This document shows, one piece after another, positions 50,184 to 59,082 of a stretch of 64,000 nucleotides of DNA. Both the position numbers and the translations under genes were made by a program. Every line of letters begins with the position of its first letter. The stretch's first letter is position 1. The notes under the pieces are model-generated. The model ran no database searches and had not been told where the DNA came from. It worked only from the letters and a program-made list of their open reading frames with translations. The DNA comes from Rubripirellula sp. Lineage in GTDB: Bacteria > Planctomycetota > Planctomycetia > Pirellulales > Pirellulaceae. The stretch lies in assembly GCA_965216875.1 (NCBI GenBank), contig OZ244207.1, positions 1,440,001 through 1,504,000 on the forward strand. The letters run 5' to 3'.

Positions 50184-50774
50184 ATGATGGGACGCCCTGA
50201 TCTTACTCAGATTCGCAAGGCTGAAATCCTTGATGCGTTCGAGGTTTGCGTTGCACGTTTCGGACTCGACGGCAGCTCGGCCGAACGCATTGCCGAGCAA
50301 GCGGGGATGAAACGAAGCATCCTCAGGCATTACATCGGTAATCGCGATGACCTCGTCATCGCGCTGGCCGAACGCGTTGTTGGCAAGTATCAACAGGAGC
50401 TCGACAAGCTGATTGAAGGACTTTGCCCGGAGCATCGCGTCGGCGGTTTGATCGAGTTTTTCTTTCCCGCAAAGTCTTCCGGTAGCACCGCAGACGTGCT
50501 GGTGCTCGAAGCGTTGATCGCGGCGAGCGAAACCTACCCCGAGGTGCGCGAGCTGGTGTATGGGTATATCGATGGACTGGTGCAGGCGGTGGCGAAGCAA
50601 CTTTCGCTTGCCTTCCCGAAAGCAAAGAAGACGGAATGTTGGAGCGTTGCGTACGGGGTGATCTCGATTTGCTTCAATCAGGAGTCACTCACACCGATGG
50701 GGCTGCCACCGAAATACCTCAAAGCAGCCAGGTCAACGGCACAGGTTCTCGTCGACTCGCTGGACCGTGAATGA
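50184..50774 (+). CDS. TetR/AcrR family transcriptional regulator
   Basis: RKAEILDA...G....IAEQAGMKRSILRHYIGNRDDL helix-turn-helix. Confidence 0.92.
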   Translation: MMGRPDLTQIRKAEILDAFEVCVARFGLDGSSAERIAEQAGMKRSILRHYIGNRDDLVIALAERVVGKYQQELDKLIEGLCPEHRVGGLIEFFFPAKSSGSTADVLVLEALIAASETYPEVRELVYGYIDGLVQAVAKQLSLAFPKAKKTECWSVAYGVISICFNQESLTPMGLPPKYLKAARSTAQVLVDSLDRE

Positions 50775-50796
50775 TCGGCCAAAGCACGATCGGCTG

Positions 50797-51690
50797 TTAA
50801 AGGATCGTCGCCATGCCGTCGCCAACTCGAGCGTAGAGTTCGACTTGCTTGGCCGAGTTTTCGACTAGGTCATTGTCGAATCGAACGCGGCCCGGTTCAA
50901 AAAGAGTGATCGTTGATGATCCACCAAATCGGAAATAGCCTTTCTCGGATCCTTTGTCGACGGTGGTACCAGCTTCATAGGTTTGGCAGATGCCACCAAC
51001 ACAAGTCGCACCAATCTCGAGCAGCAGCACACGTCCCACATTCTCAGTTTCAAGGATCGAAACGGTGCGTTTGTTCTTGGCGAGAATGTGAATGTCTTGG
51101 CAGAGCGCGATTGGATTGACCGAGTAGAGCGGGCCATTGATCAGCCGTGTGGGGCCCGCTTGTCCCTTGGCTGGGAAGTGAAAGCGGTGATAGTCGACGG
51201 GGCAGAGACGCGAGAGCAGGAGCGATCCGTTGGCATAGCGCCGCGAGAGCTCGGTGTCGCCAAGCAGCGTTTCGAGATCGAACATTTCGCCTTTGACGAA
51301 CAGCCCCTCGGTCTGTGAAAGATCGGGGATACAAAGGTGGCGACCGTCAGCAGGAAAGACAACGCGGTCCGAAGCTTGTTCAACTGGACGAGCTTCTGGC
51401 TTGAGTTTGCGGAAAAAGAACTCGTTGAACGTTTGAAACTCCGACGCGTCGTTGGCGAATTCACCGGAGTCGAGTTGGTATTGATCGATGAATGGCAAGA
51501 TCTTTTCACGCGACGCCGGCTGATCCATTCTCCATCCGTACCAGCGCGAAAACCATAGTCGCTTGACGAGAGTTTCGAGCGTTAGCTTGCCTGTCGTTGT
51601 GGTGTAGATCCAGCGGAGGTAGGCGTCGCCATAAACTTGCTCGACACAAGTTTTTTGTTGGTAACGGTCAAAGTACTCGATGGGTTGCAC
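50797..51690 (-). CDS. psd: Phosphatidylserine decarboxylase
   Basis: FNEFFFRKLK, PADG, RLCPVDYHRFHFP, YSVNP, autocleavage motif FGGSST; GTG start. Confidence 0.93.
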   Translation of the reverse strand: MQPIEYFDRYQQKTCVEQVYGDAYLRWIYTTTTGKLTLETLVKRLWFSRWYGWRMDQPASREKILPFIDQYQLDSGEFANDASEFQTFNEFFFRKLKPEARPVEQASDRVVFPADGRHLCIPDLSQTEGLFVKGEMFDLETLLGDTELSRRYANGSLLLSRLCPVDYHRFHFPAKGQAGPTRLINGPLYSVNPIALCQDIHILAKNKRTVSILETENVGRVLLLEIGATCVGGICQTYEAGTTVDKGSEKGYFRFGGSSTITLFEPGRVRFDNDLVENSAKQVELYARVGDGMATIL

Positions 51691-51803
51691 GTCGCGGCAA
51701 TGCTACTCGGGTGGGAAGGCGTGTCGGCAAAGCCTAGCAAGGTCGAGGGCCTTCGCGAAGCGGGCTGAAGGTGTCGGTGCTTGTCGTGCTGCAAGAGATG
51801 CAA

Positions 51804-53477
51804 TTAGGAACCCAGCAGAGGGCCAAGGACGTTGGCCAAGAGTTTGATTTGCGTCTCGCTTAGCGCGGTGTCAAACAATGCCAGTTCGTCGATTCGGCCA
51901 TGCCAGTAACCGGGGTTTGTCAGATTGGGCGCTGTGCCTTCGGCGTTCAATTTCGCGCCGATTCCCATGGTGGATGGGCCATCGATCGCCAAGCCATTGC
52001 AAACCGCAGCATCGACGAGCATGCCGTTTCGATACATGCGAACTTTGGATCCGTCCACGACGAACGCAACATGATGCCAGCGGCCAATCGGCAGCGGAAC
52101 GTTCTCTCGCAGCTTCACGATCCGTCCTTCGGTGTCGCGAACTTGCAACTCAAGATCGCCGCTATCTTCGTGAAGGCCAAAGTGAAATTGCCCACCGGCG
52201 CCTGAGTAGGAGGTGCGATCCTCGGTGAATTCAAGCGACCAGTGTTTGGCGATCGCTGCCCAGCGTGGGCGGCTATCGGCACGCACCCAGACGCAAAGGG
52301 TCATCGCGCCGCCTTCAAAAGGCCTGTAGTTAGAGACGTGTGCATAGGATCCCGAACTTGGGCCTCCCAGGTGCAGGCTGCTGCCAACACGACCCGCCTT
52401 GAACGAAGAATGGTCTTTCTTGCCAGCGAACAGTGTGGCGTCGTTGCGGTTGGAGCCTCGGTCGGCAAGCGTGATCCCGTCGACAGCCGGTGGCATTCGG
52501 AACCACATCCGCGGCTGCAGTGATGCGAGGAGTTTGGCGTAACCAGCTTGCTCTCCAATCGGCTCGCTCAATTGTCGCACAAACCGCGCGTGGTCGATGT
52601 CGATTCCTTCGGGGATGCCGCTTTCGCCGCGAATTCGAGTCGCCTGGTTAGCCGTGAGTCTCAGGTCGTCTGATTCAGCACGAGCGAACTTGGGACGCAC
52701 CGTCACTTCGCCATCGAACACGTGAACTTCGCTTCCCACTTCTTGCGAGACATCGATGCAGAATTCGGTGCCGTGATCCACCAAACGCGCCGAAGGAGTT
52801 TCAACTGCGAACCCTCTGCCTTCGGGAGCAACCCGCGCGGACAACTTGCCCTGATGGACAACGACCAGCATGGGCGAATCGATTTCGAATTCCGCCGGAG
52901 ACTCAACGACCATTCGGACGCCGCTTTGCAGATTCAGTTCAGCAAATCCGGATTTGAGACGGTAGTACCCTGTTCGCAATTGGTCCGTTTCGCCCAAAGG
53001 TGGTTTGAGTCCCTCGGCACCGAGAGACGCCCCGCGAAGATGCGAGACCGTTCCGACGACGTCGCGGTCCTGCCATGCGACGTTGCTGCTTTTGGTTGAG
53101 GGGGAGCTGCCTTTTTGCAACGCGAACTCTCGCTGTGTCTGACGATCGTTCATTGCTGCAAGCGTCATCCAGCAGACGGTCACCACCAACAGCAGGGAGG
53201 CTGCCAGTGCGACAAGCCGCCAGCGGCGAATGATGAGCAGCAAGTCACGAGGGTCACGTTGTGTTTCGGCGGGGAACTCTTCGAATGACATCGCATCAAT
53301 TGCACCATGCTCCCACGCCAACATGGCGTGCATCTGGCACATCTCGATGAAGAACGCTTGTGCTTCGTCATCATTGCGGATCAACTCAGCGACCCGTTGC
53401 TTTTGATCAAGGGGCGACTGTGCATCGATTCCGGCATCAAAAAGTTCGATTATCTCCCTGCGTGTTGCCTCGGTCAT
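51804..53477 (-). CDS. FecR-family anti-sigma factor with C-terminal LamG domain
   Basis: TM helix, GFAVETPSA..VDHGTEF, VHVFDGEV; WHHVAFV, G.IDELALF..ALS. Confidence 0.9.
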   Translation of the reverse strand: MTEATRREIIELFDAGIDAQSPLDQKQRVAELIRNDDEAQAFFIEMCQMHAMLAWEHGAIDAMSFEEFPAETQRDPRDLLLIIRRWRLVALAASLLLVVTVCWMTLAAMNDRQTQREFALQKGSSPSTKSSNVAWQDRDVVGTVSHLRGASLGAEGLKPPLGETDQLRTGYYRLKSGFAELNLQSGVRMVVESPAEFEIDSPMLVVVHQGKLSARVAPEGRGFAVETPSARLVDHGTEFCIDVSQEVGSEVHVFDGEVTVRPKFARAESDDLRLTANQATRIRGESGIPEGIDIDHARFVRQLSEPIGEQAGYAKLLASLQPRMWFRMPPAVDGITLADRGSNRNDATLFAGKKDHSSFKAGRVGSSLHLGGPSSGSYAHVSNYRPFEGGAMTLCVWVRADSRPRWAAIAKHWSLEFTEDRTSYSGAGGQFHFGLHEDSGDLELQVRDTEGRIVKLRENVPLPIGRWHHVAFVVDGSKVRMYRNGMLVDAAVCNGLAIDGPSTMGIGAKLNAEGTAPNLTNPGYWHGRIDELALFDTALSETQIKLLANVLGPLLGS

Positions 53478-53989
53478 GTCGCTGCCTCCTTGGGCATGTC
53501 CGAATGCACGCAGCGATGTAACGCATTGCGCGCACGATACAGAAGCTGTTTGACGGCGTTCGATTTTAGGTTCATGTCCGCTGCGATCGCGTCGAGATTG
53601 GCTCCAGCGTCATAACGTCGTTGGACGCATTCGCGTTGTCGCTGACTGAGCTTGTCGAGGCACTTGCGAAGCTGGCGCTGTTTGGATTCGAACGCCGCGT
53701 CGCTTTCAGATGCCGCCGATGCGATGCTTCCAAGCAAGGTGTCATCAAAAACCAACCGATCGCGCTGTTGCTTTTTGCGATGAGCGAGAACTTGGAAATA
53801 GGCAATACGAAAAGACCAGGCAACAAAATTGGTGCCGATTTCGAACTCGGAAGATTTTTCCCAGAGGACTGCGTTGGTCTGCTGCAAAATATCGTCAGCC
53901 TGGTCCGCATCAAAGACGAGCGAATAGATGTAGGCGTAGATCCGGCTCTGGCTTCCGGTCAGCAATTGAATGAACTCTGGGGTCGACAT
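53474..53989 (-). CDS. ECF sigma factor
   Basis: ADDILQQT..LWEK..F..GTNFVAW; region 4 RY..IA..V..LYRAR; ATGA overlap with the FecR gene. Confidence 0.93.
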   Translation of the reverse strand: MSTPEFIQLLTGSQSRIYAYIYSLVFDADQADDILQQTNAVLWEKSSEFEIGTNFVAWSFRIAYFQVLAHRKKQQRDRLVFDDTLLGSIASAASESDAAFESKQRQLRKCLDKLSQRQRECVQRRYDAGANLDAIAADMNLKSNAVKQLLYRARNALHRCVHSDMPKEAAT

Positions 53990-54051
53990 TCCCGAAACTC
54001 TGTGTGATTTGGTTTCGTCCGTAATTCCGCCGTCCACACTAGCAGCAGAAA

Positions 54052-54081
54052 GCAAATAGCCCACCCCTCACGTTGGTTACG
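54052..54081 (-). promoter_or_regulatory. Putative ECF-dependent promoter (autoregulatory)
   Basis: CGTAACC-N14-GCTATTTGC on the minus strand, facing the ECF gene. Confidence 0.7.
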
Positions 54082-54110
54082 CTTGTTGTTGGGCCGGTAT
54101 TCCGCTCGCC

Positions 54111-54250
54111 GTAGCTACGCTCGCCAGAGCGTGGGGTAGTGGCGGGTGGTCTGCGGGCGCGTCCACCTTCTGGCGAAGGTAGCTACGGCTCGTTCGTCGT
54201 ACCGAGCTTTGGTCGGAATCCTCGGCTCTTCCGCCTGAAGGCGGGACTAC
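54111..54250. repeat. Adjacent REP family A pair (54111-54186) and family B pair (54196-54250)
   Basis: GTAGCTACGCTCGCCAGAGCGTGG..CCACCTTCTGGCGAAGGTAGCTAC, then ..CCGCCTGAAGGCGGGACTAC. Confidence 0.85.
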
Positions 54251-54296
54251 AAACGGTGATCACCCGATTGGCTTTTCCAAAAAAACGATCTTCCCC

Positions 54297-54326
54297 CGTA
54301 ACCGCGGCGATTCACCTGCTATTTGC
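54297..54326 (+). promoter_or_regulatory. Putative ECF-dependent promoter of the sulfatase operon
   Basis: CGTAACC-N14-GCTATTTGC, same boxes and spacing as 54052-54081. Confidence 0.7.
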
Positions 54327-54364
54327 AAACACTCCCGCTCACCAACGCCCAGCTCTTCTCCTCC

Positions 54365-55882
54365 ATGCAAGCGTTCCTCACCCGCTTTGTGCCGCTGTTT
54401 TCCGTCGCACGTTACAGTTGCCTGATCGCGATTCTGATTTCGCTGACCGCGATTGCGGATTCAGCCCAGCGTCCGAACGTTCTGCTGATTGTGTGCGATG
54501 ACCTGAACACGCACGTGTCGACCTCGGGCTACGACCAAATTCAGACGCCTGCCTTTGATCGATTGGCTGCCGAAGGGGTTACGTTTGAGCGCGCGTATTG
54601 TCAGTATCCGGTTTGCGGTCCGTCGCGGGCGTCCTTCCTGCACGGGCTCTATCCCGAGTCGACCGGTGTGTTGGACAACAAGGCGGACATTCGCCAGACG
54701 CGGCCCGGTACCGTTTCGATGCCACAGTATTTCAAGCAGCACGGCTATTGGACGGCGAGTGTCGGCAAGGTCTTTCATTCACCGCGTCACGAGCATGGTG
54801 AAGTTGCCTGGCATGAGCACGAGCGTTTCGAGAACGATGAGCTTCCGATCGTCGCAGTGGCCAAGCGAGCGTTCGAAGCGCAACGGGGTTCGATCGACTT
54901 GCCGAAGAATCGTCGCCTTTGGCGTGACGCGCGAAAAGCGGCGATCGCACCCTTGAATGCGCAGACTCCGCCGGGACATGGTCCCAGTGGACTCAGTGAT
55001 CACCAACATCGTGATGGCAAGAACGTTCGCCAAGTGGTCGATTGGCTGAAGCAGGGAAGACCAGGTGACAAGCCGTTCTTTATCGCGCTCGGAATCCAAA
55101 AGCCGCACGTCCCATTTCTGGCTCCCCAAAAGTATTTCGATCTCTATCCTGCTGAGAAGATCGAGTTCTTTCGCGATCGTCCCAACCTGTGGGATTCGAT
55201 CCCGCGCGATGCAATCAACGGTCGCTACCGTGAGTTCGGATTTGAGCTTGGTGTGGAAAACGAATCGCGTCGGCGCGAGTTCATGCAGGCTTACCATGCT
55301 TGCGTCTCGTTCATCGATGCACAGATCTCAATCGTGCTCGAACATTTGAAGGTTGCGGGGCTGGATGACAACACGATCGTCGTCCTCACTTCCGACCACG
55401 GCTATCACTTGGGCGACCATTTCCTTTGGGGCAAGGTGACGCTCTTCGACATCGGAGCCAAAGTGCCGCTGGTGATCCGCGTTCCGGATAGCAGCGCTCG
55501 TGGACAACGCTGCGAAGCGATGGCCGAATTGGTTGACCTCTTTCCAACCCTCACGGATCTGGCTGGATTACCTGCGCCCGAACACTTGCAGGGTGTTTCG
55601 CTGGCACCCTTGCTGGACGATCCTGCGGCAGAACACGAGAAATCGGACGCCTACAGTGTCGTGACTTGGCGTGGGCAACTTGGTTACGCGATTCGAAATC
55701 AGAATTGGCGTTATGCCAAATGGCCCGGGGGCGAAGAGCTTTATGACCTCCGCCGCGACCCAAGTGAGCGTCATAACCTCGCCGCCAACCCAAAACATGT
55801 TGATCACCTCGAGCGTTTTCGCGCTACGCTAGAACTTCGGCAATCACAAGCGCGCGCCCATTCCCCGACCCCTCATGATTGA
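54365..55882 (+). CDS. Sulfatase (iduronate-2-sulfatase-like)
   Basis: PNVLLIVCDDL, CGPSR, GKVFH, KPHVPF, SDHGYHLG. Confidence 0.93.
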   Translation: MQAFLTRFVPLFSVARYSCLIAILISLTAIADSAQRPNVLLIVCDDLNTHVSTSGYDQIQTPAFDRLAAEGVTFERAYCQYPVCGPSRASFLHGLYPESTGVLDNKADIRQTRPGTVSMPQYFKQHGYWTASVGKVFHSPRHEHGEVAWHEHERFENDELPIVAVAKRAFEAQRGSIDLPKNRRLWRDARKAAIAPLNAQTPPGHGPSGLSDHQHRDGKNVRQVVDWLKQGRPGDKPFFIALGIQKPHVPFLAPQKYFDLYPAEKIEFFRDRPNLWDSIPRDAINGRYREFGFELGVENESRRREFMQAYHACVSFIDAQISIVLEHLKVAGLDDNTIVVLTSDHGYHLGDHFLWGKVTLFDIGAKVPLVIRVPDSSARGQRCEAMAELVDLFPTLTDLAGLPAPEHLQGVSLAPLLDDPAAEHEKSDAYSVVTWRGQLGYAIRNQNWRYAKWPGGEELYDLRRDPSERHNLAANPKHVDHLERFRATLELRQSQARAHSPTPHD

Positions 55883-57197
55883 ACGGATGAGAATGCCAAA
55901 CTCGTGCCAAGCATCCACCACAGCACTGTTTTTGGCATTCTTATCACTTTGGTGCCACCATGATGCCAGCAGCCAATCGCTCGATAAGGTCGATTGCACG
56001 ACGCTGCGGGGCAAAGTCATGTGTGGCTACCAAGGCTGGTTCAATTGTGAGGGGGACGGGATGGCTCGAGGCTGGACGCATTGGGCTCGACGTCGAAGCC
56101 AGCCCTTTGGCCCAGGCAATGTAACGGTCGACCTTTGGCCCGATCTTTCCGAGTTCGATGATGATGAAAAGTTTCCGACGCTATTCCGTCACGCCGATGG
56201 CAGCGTCGCAAACGTCTTCAGTAGCGCCAAACGCAAAACGGTGATGCGTCACTTTCAGTGGATGCAGCAGTACGGTATCGACGGTGCGATGGTGCAACGC
56301 TTTACCAATCGCATTCACCATGCCGATGACCAGGCGCAAAAGAACCGCGTGCTGCGCCACTGCCAGGCCGCAGCGGAAAAGTATGGACGCGCTTTTGCCG
56401 TGATGTATGACCTGTCGGGCATGAAACGTGGTTCAATCGATCGCGTGATTAACGACTGGGACGAATTGCATCGCAAGTGGCGCATCACGCGAAGCCGCTC
56501 GTACCTCCACCACGAAAGGCGACCTTTGGTCGCGGTTTGGGGAATCGGTTTCAAGGAGCGGCATGACCAACAGGGCAGCTACAGCCTTGCGGAATGCGAG
56601 AAGCTTGTCGACGCTTTGAAGGCTTCCAATTGCAGCGTGATGGTTGGCATTCCCACTTTCTGGCGTGAACAAACACGTGACAGCGTCGACGATCAAACCT
56701 TCCATCGCATCCTCGAAAAGTGTGACGTCATCAGCCCCTGGACGGTGGGACGCTACCGCAACGAGCAGCAAGTCAGGCGTCATGCCACCGAAGTGATGGA
56801 GCCTGATTTGGCGTGGGCGCGACAACATCGAATTGACTATCTGCCCGTGGTGTTTCCCGGTTTCAGTTGGCATAACCTTTCTGAAGGTCGCGATCCACTC
56901 GGGCAAATTCCGCGTGACGGGGGTCAGTTCTTGTGGTCGCAATTTGTTGCAGCCAAACGATCAGGGGCGGGGATGGTTTACGTCGCGATGTTTGACGAAG
57001 TTGACGAGGCGACGGCGATTTTCAAATGCACCAATTCGCCCCCGGTCGGCGAGAACGTCCAATTCCTGACCTACGACGGTCTGCCCAGCGATCACTACCT
57101 TCGAATCACCGGAAAAGCCGGCCAGCTCTTTCGCGATGAAATTCCGCCGACCGACACGTTGCCGCTAAAAACAGCCGGTTCAAATTCAGCTGAGTGA
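55875..57197 (+). CDS. Glycoside hydrolase, GH71/GH99-like
   Basis: MCGYQGWF, HFQWMQQYGIDG, MYDLSG, ISPWTVGRY, FPGFSWHN, YVAMFDEVDEATAIFK. Confidence 0.82.
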   Translation: MIERMRMPNSCQASTTALFLAFLSLWCHHDASSQSLDKVDCTTLRGKVMCGYQGWFNCEGDGMARGWTHWARRRSQPFGPGNVTVDLWPDLSEFDDDEKFPTLFRHADGSVANVFSSAKRKTVMRHFQWMQQYGIDGAMVQRFTNRIHHADDQAQKNRVLRHCQAAAEKYGRAFAVMYDLSGMKRGSIDRVINDWDELHRKWRITRSRSYLHHERRPLVAVWGIGFKERHDQQGSYSLAECEKLVDALKASNCSVMVGIPTFWREQTRDSVDDQTFHRILEKCDVISPWTVGRYRNEQQVRRHATEVMEPDLAWARQHRIDYLPVVFPGFSWHNLSEGRDPLGQIPRDGGQFLWSQFVAAKRSGAGMVYVAMFDEVDEATAIFKCTNSPPVGENVQFLTYDGLPSDHYLRITGKAGQLFRDEIPPTDTLPLKTAGSNSAE

Positions 57198-57305
57198 TCG
57201 CAATGATTGGTATGACGCTGCGATTTCCCCTACAAAGGAGTCGCGTGTGGGGAGAGCGTCCATCCTCCTCAATGATTCCGTTCTTGTTTGCTCTTGGAAA
57301 TCGTT

Positions 57306-57944
57306 ATGCTCTCATTCTTGTCCCGCCCGCTGTTGCTGATCGCGCCGCTATGGTTGGTTACTTCAACGGCAATTTGTGAAGAGCTCGCGCTCAACGATGA
57401 ACTTCGTAAAGAGATTTCGCCGTTGGTTTCAGATTTTCACGCGATCTATGCTGGCGAAAAGCACCGTGATATCGACGAACTGATTGCCGAAGACGCACTT
57501 TTTGAAGAAGCCGATTCTCCGCTCCGCGAGTACTTGCAGCGTGTTGAAAATGGGAGAAAGAAGCACCCCTTCGACGATGTGCTCAATGGCGACAAGGCAA
57601 AGGAATTGACGCCCGAGGTCCGAGCCTTGCTTGAAAAGGCGCGGCGTGAGCAGATGGCGAAAAAGAAGCAACCGGCGGCTTCGGAAGGGAAACTGTACTG
57701 GGGTCGGGTTGCGGAGTCGCAACTGCTCCGGCCGCTTCGCGTGTACCCGCGATTGAAACCTGAAGACGCAATCATCGTGACGCGAGAACTCGACCGAAAG
57801 CCGGGAAAGATGAAGGCCCTCGGCTGTGTCCTGCAGCGATTCGACGGCGTTTGGAAGATCGTTTTTGTGCTTGAAGGTTGGGGGCCTGAGGAACAGATCA
57901 TCGACAAGTCGGTTCCGTTCGAGCTGCACAGCGGCAAAGGGTGA
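57306..57944 (+). CDS. Secreted hypothetical protein
   Basis: Signal peptide; ends in an NTF2-like L.R.DGVWKIV motif. Confidence 0.6.
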   Translation: MLSFLSRPLLLIAPLWLVTSTAICEELALNDELRKEISPLVSDFHAIYAGEKHRDIDELIAEDALFEEADSPLREYLQRVENGRKKHPFDDVLNGDKAKELTPEVRALLEKARREQMAKKKQPAASEGKLYWGRVAESQLLRPLRVYPRLKPEDAIIVTRELDRKPGKMKALGCVLQRFDGVWKIVFVLEGWGPEEQIIDKSVPFELHSGKG

Positions 57945-58141
57945 TCTTCGCTCGGCAGGTTGAAGATTTGTAGCCCACGGTGTGGCATCTGCGCCGACCA
58001 GCTCAAACGCCATCACCCGAACAATCCGATCCGGGATTCCCTGATTCCCCCTCGGATAACTTCGTCTGGCCCCTAATGCGAACCCCCAGGTGACGCATGT
58101 TTGTTCGTGGCATTGTCCATTGAATTAACGTGAGGGGCACT

Positions 58142-59077
58142 ATGGAAGACGAAGATCAACTCGACGTCGAAGCCACTGGCGAAGCGATCGAAACGGCCGT
58201 CGATCCGCTCGATCAGTGTGCCGAAGCGATGAACGTCATCGCGGGCGACATTACCGAGATGCAGCAGTCGACAGAAGAGGCTGCGCTCAAGATCGGCGGG
58301 TTGCTGAATGAAATCGTTCGCCTTGCTACCGAAGGCAATCGCGAGGCTCAAGAGGCGCTGGCCTCGGCAACGGGCATCAGCGATGATTCGTCGAGTTCCG
58401 TGGCAATCAATGATTTGGTTCATCGCCAGTTGGAAACAATGTCGTCCTTTATGGAACAGACAAGCGAGTTCTTTGCCAAGCATCGCAAGTTGGCAGATCG
58501 CGCGACCGAAGCCTGTCAGACCATTGAGTCGTGCGCCAACAACGTCGCCGAGTTGACCAAGACGAGTCAGGTGCTGGCCATCAACCTGCGACTCGAAGCG
58601 ATGAAGCTTGGCGAAGAGGGGCGTGGGTTCAACGTCCTTGGCGAGAACGTTCAAGAGTTTGCTGATTGCGTTGGCACCGCCGCCGAGCAGATCGAACAGA
58701 TTGTTGCTCCGTTCTCAGTTGCATTGCCTTCGATGAACAGGGAAGCAACGGAAATCGGCGAACACATGAGCTCGCTAACGAACCGCTTTTCGTCGGAGAT
58801 GGATCGGATCGAACGAAAGAGCAACCACCTCGCCCACTCGATGGAAGTTGTGCGGGAACACATCGAATCAGCAAATAGCGAAATCCTGGACTACTCCAAT
58901 CGAACGCTTTCGCATTTGAGCTTTCAGGATCCGATGAGTCAGGGACTGAAAAAGGTTGAGCACGAGATCGAGCAATTGCACAACCTACTCAAAGGTGAAC
59001 CAGCCGTTTTTTGGTCCGAACAGCATAGTGACGAAGAAGAGACCGACGTCGCGGCGGGTGAAGTCGATCTCTTTTAG
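58142..59077 (+). CDS. Soluble methyl-accepting chemotaxis-like protein
   Basis: Hairpin-tip motif SQVLAINLRLEAMKLGEEGRGFNVLGENVQEFA; no TM segment; RBS GAGGGG. Confidence 0.8.
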   Translation: MEDEDQLDVEATGEAIETAVDPLDQCAEAMNVIAGDITEMQQSTEEAALKIGGLLNEIVRLATEGNREAQEALASATGISDDSSSSVAINDLVHRQLETMSSFMEQTSEFFAKHRKLADRATEACQTIESCANNVAELTKTSQVLAINLRLEAMKLGEEGRGFNVLGENVQEFADCVGTAAEQIEQIVAPFSVALPSMNREATEIGEHMSSLTNRFSSEMDRIERKSNHLAHSMEVVREHIESANSEILDYSNRTLSHLSFQDPMSQGLKKVEHEIEQLHNLLKGEPAVFWSEQHSDEEETDVAAGEVDLF

Positions 59078-59082
59078 CGGAA

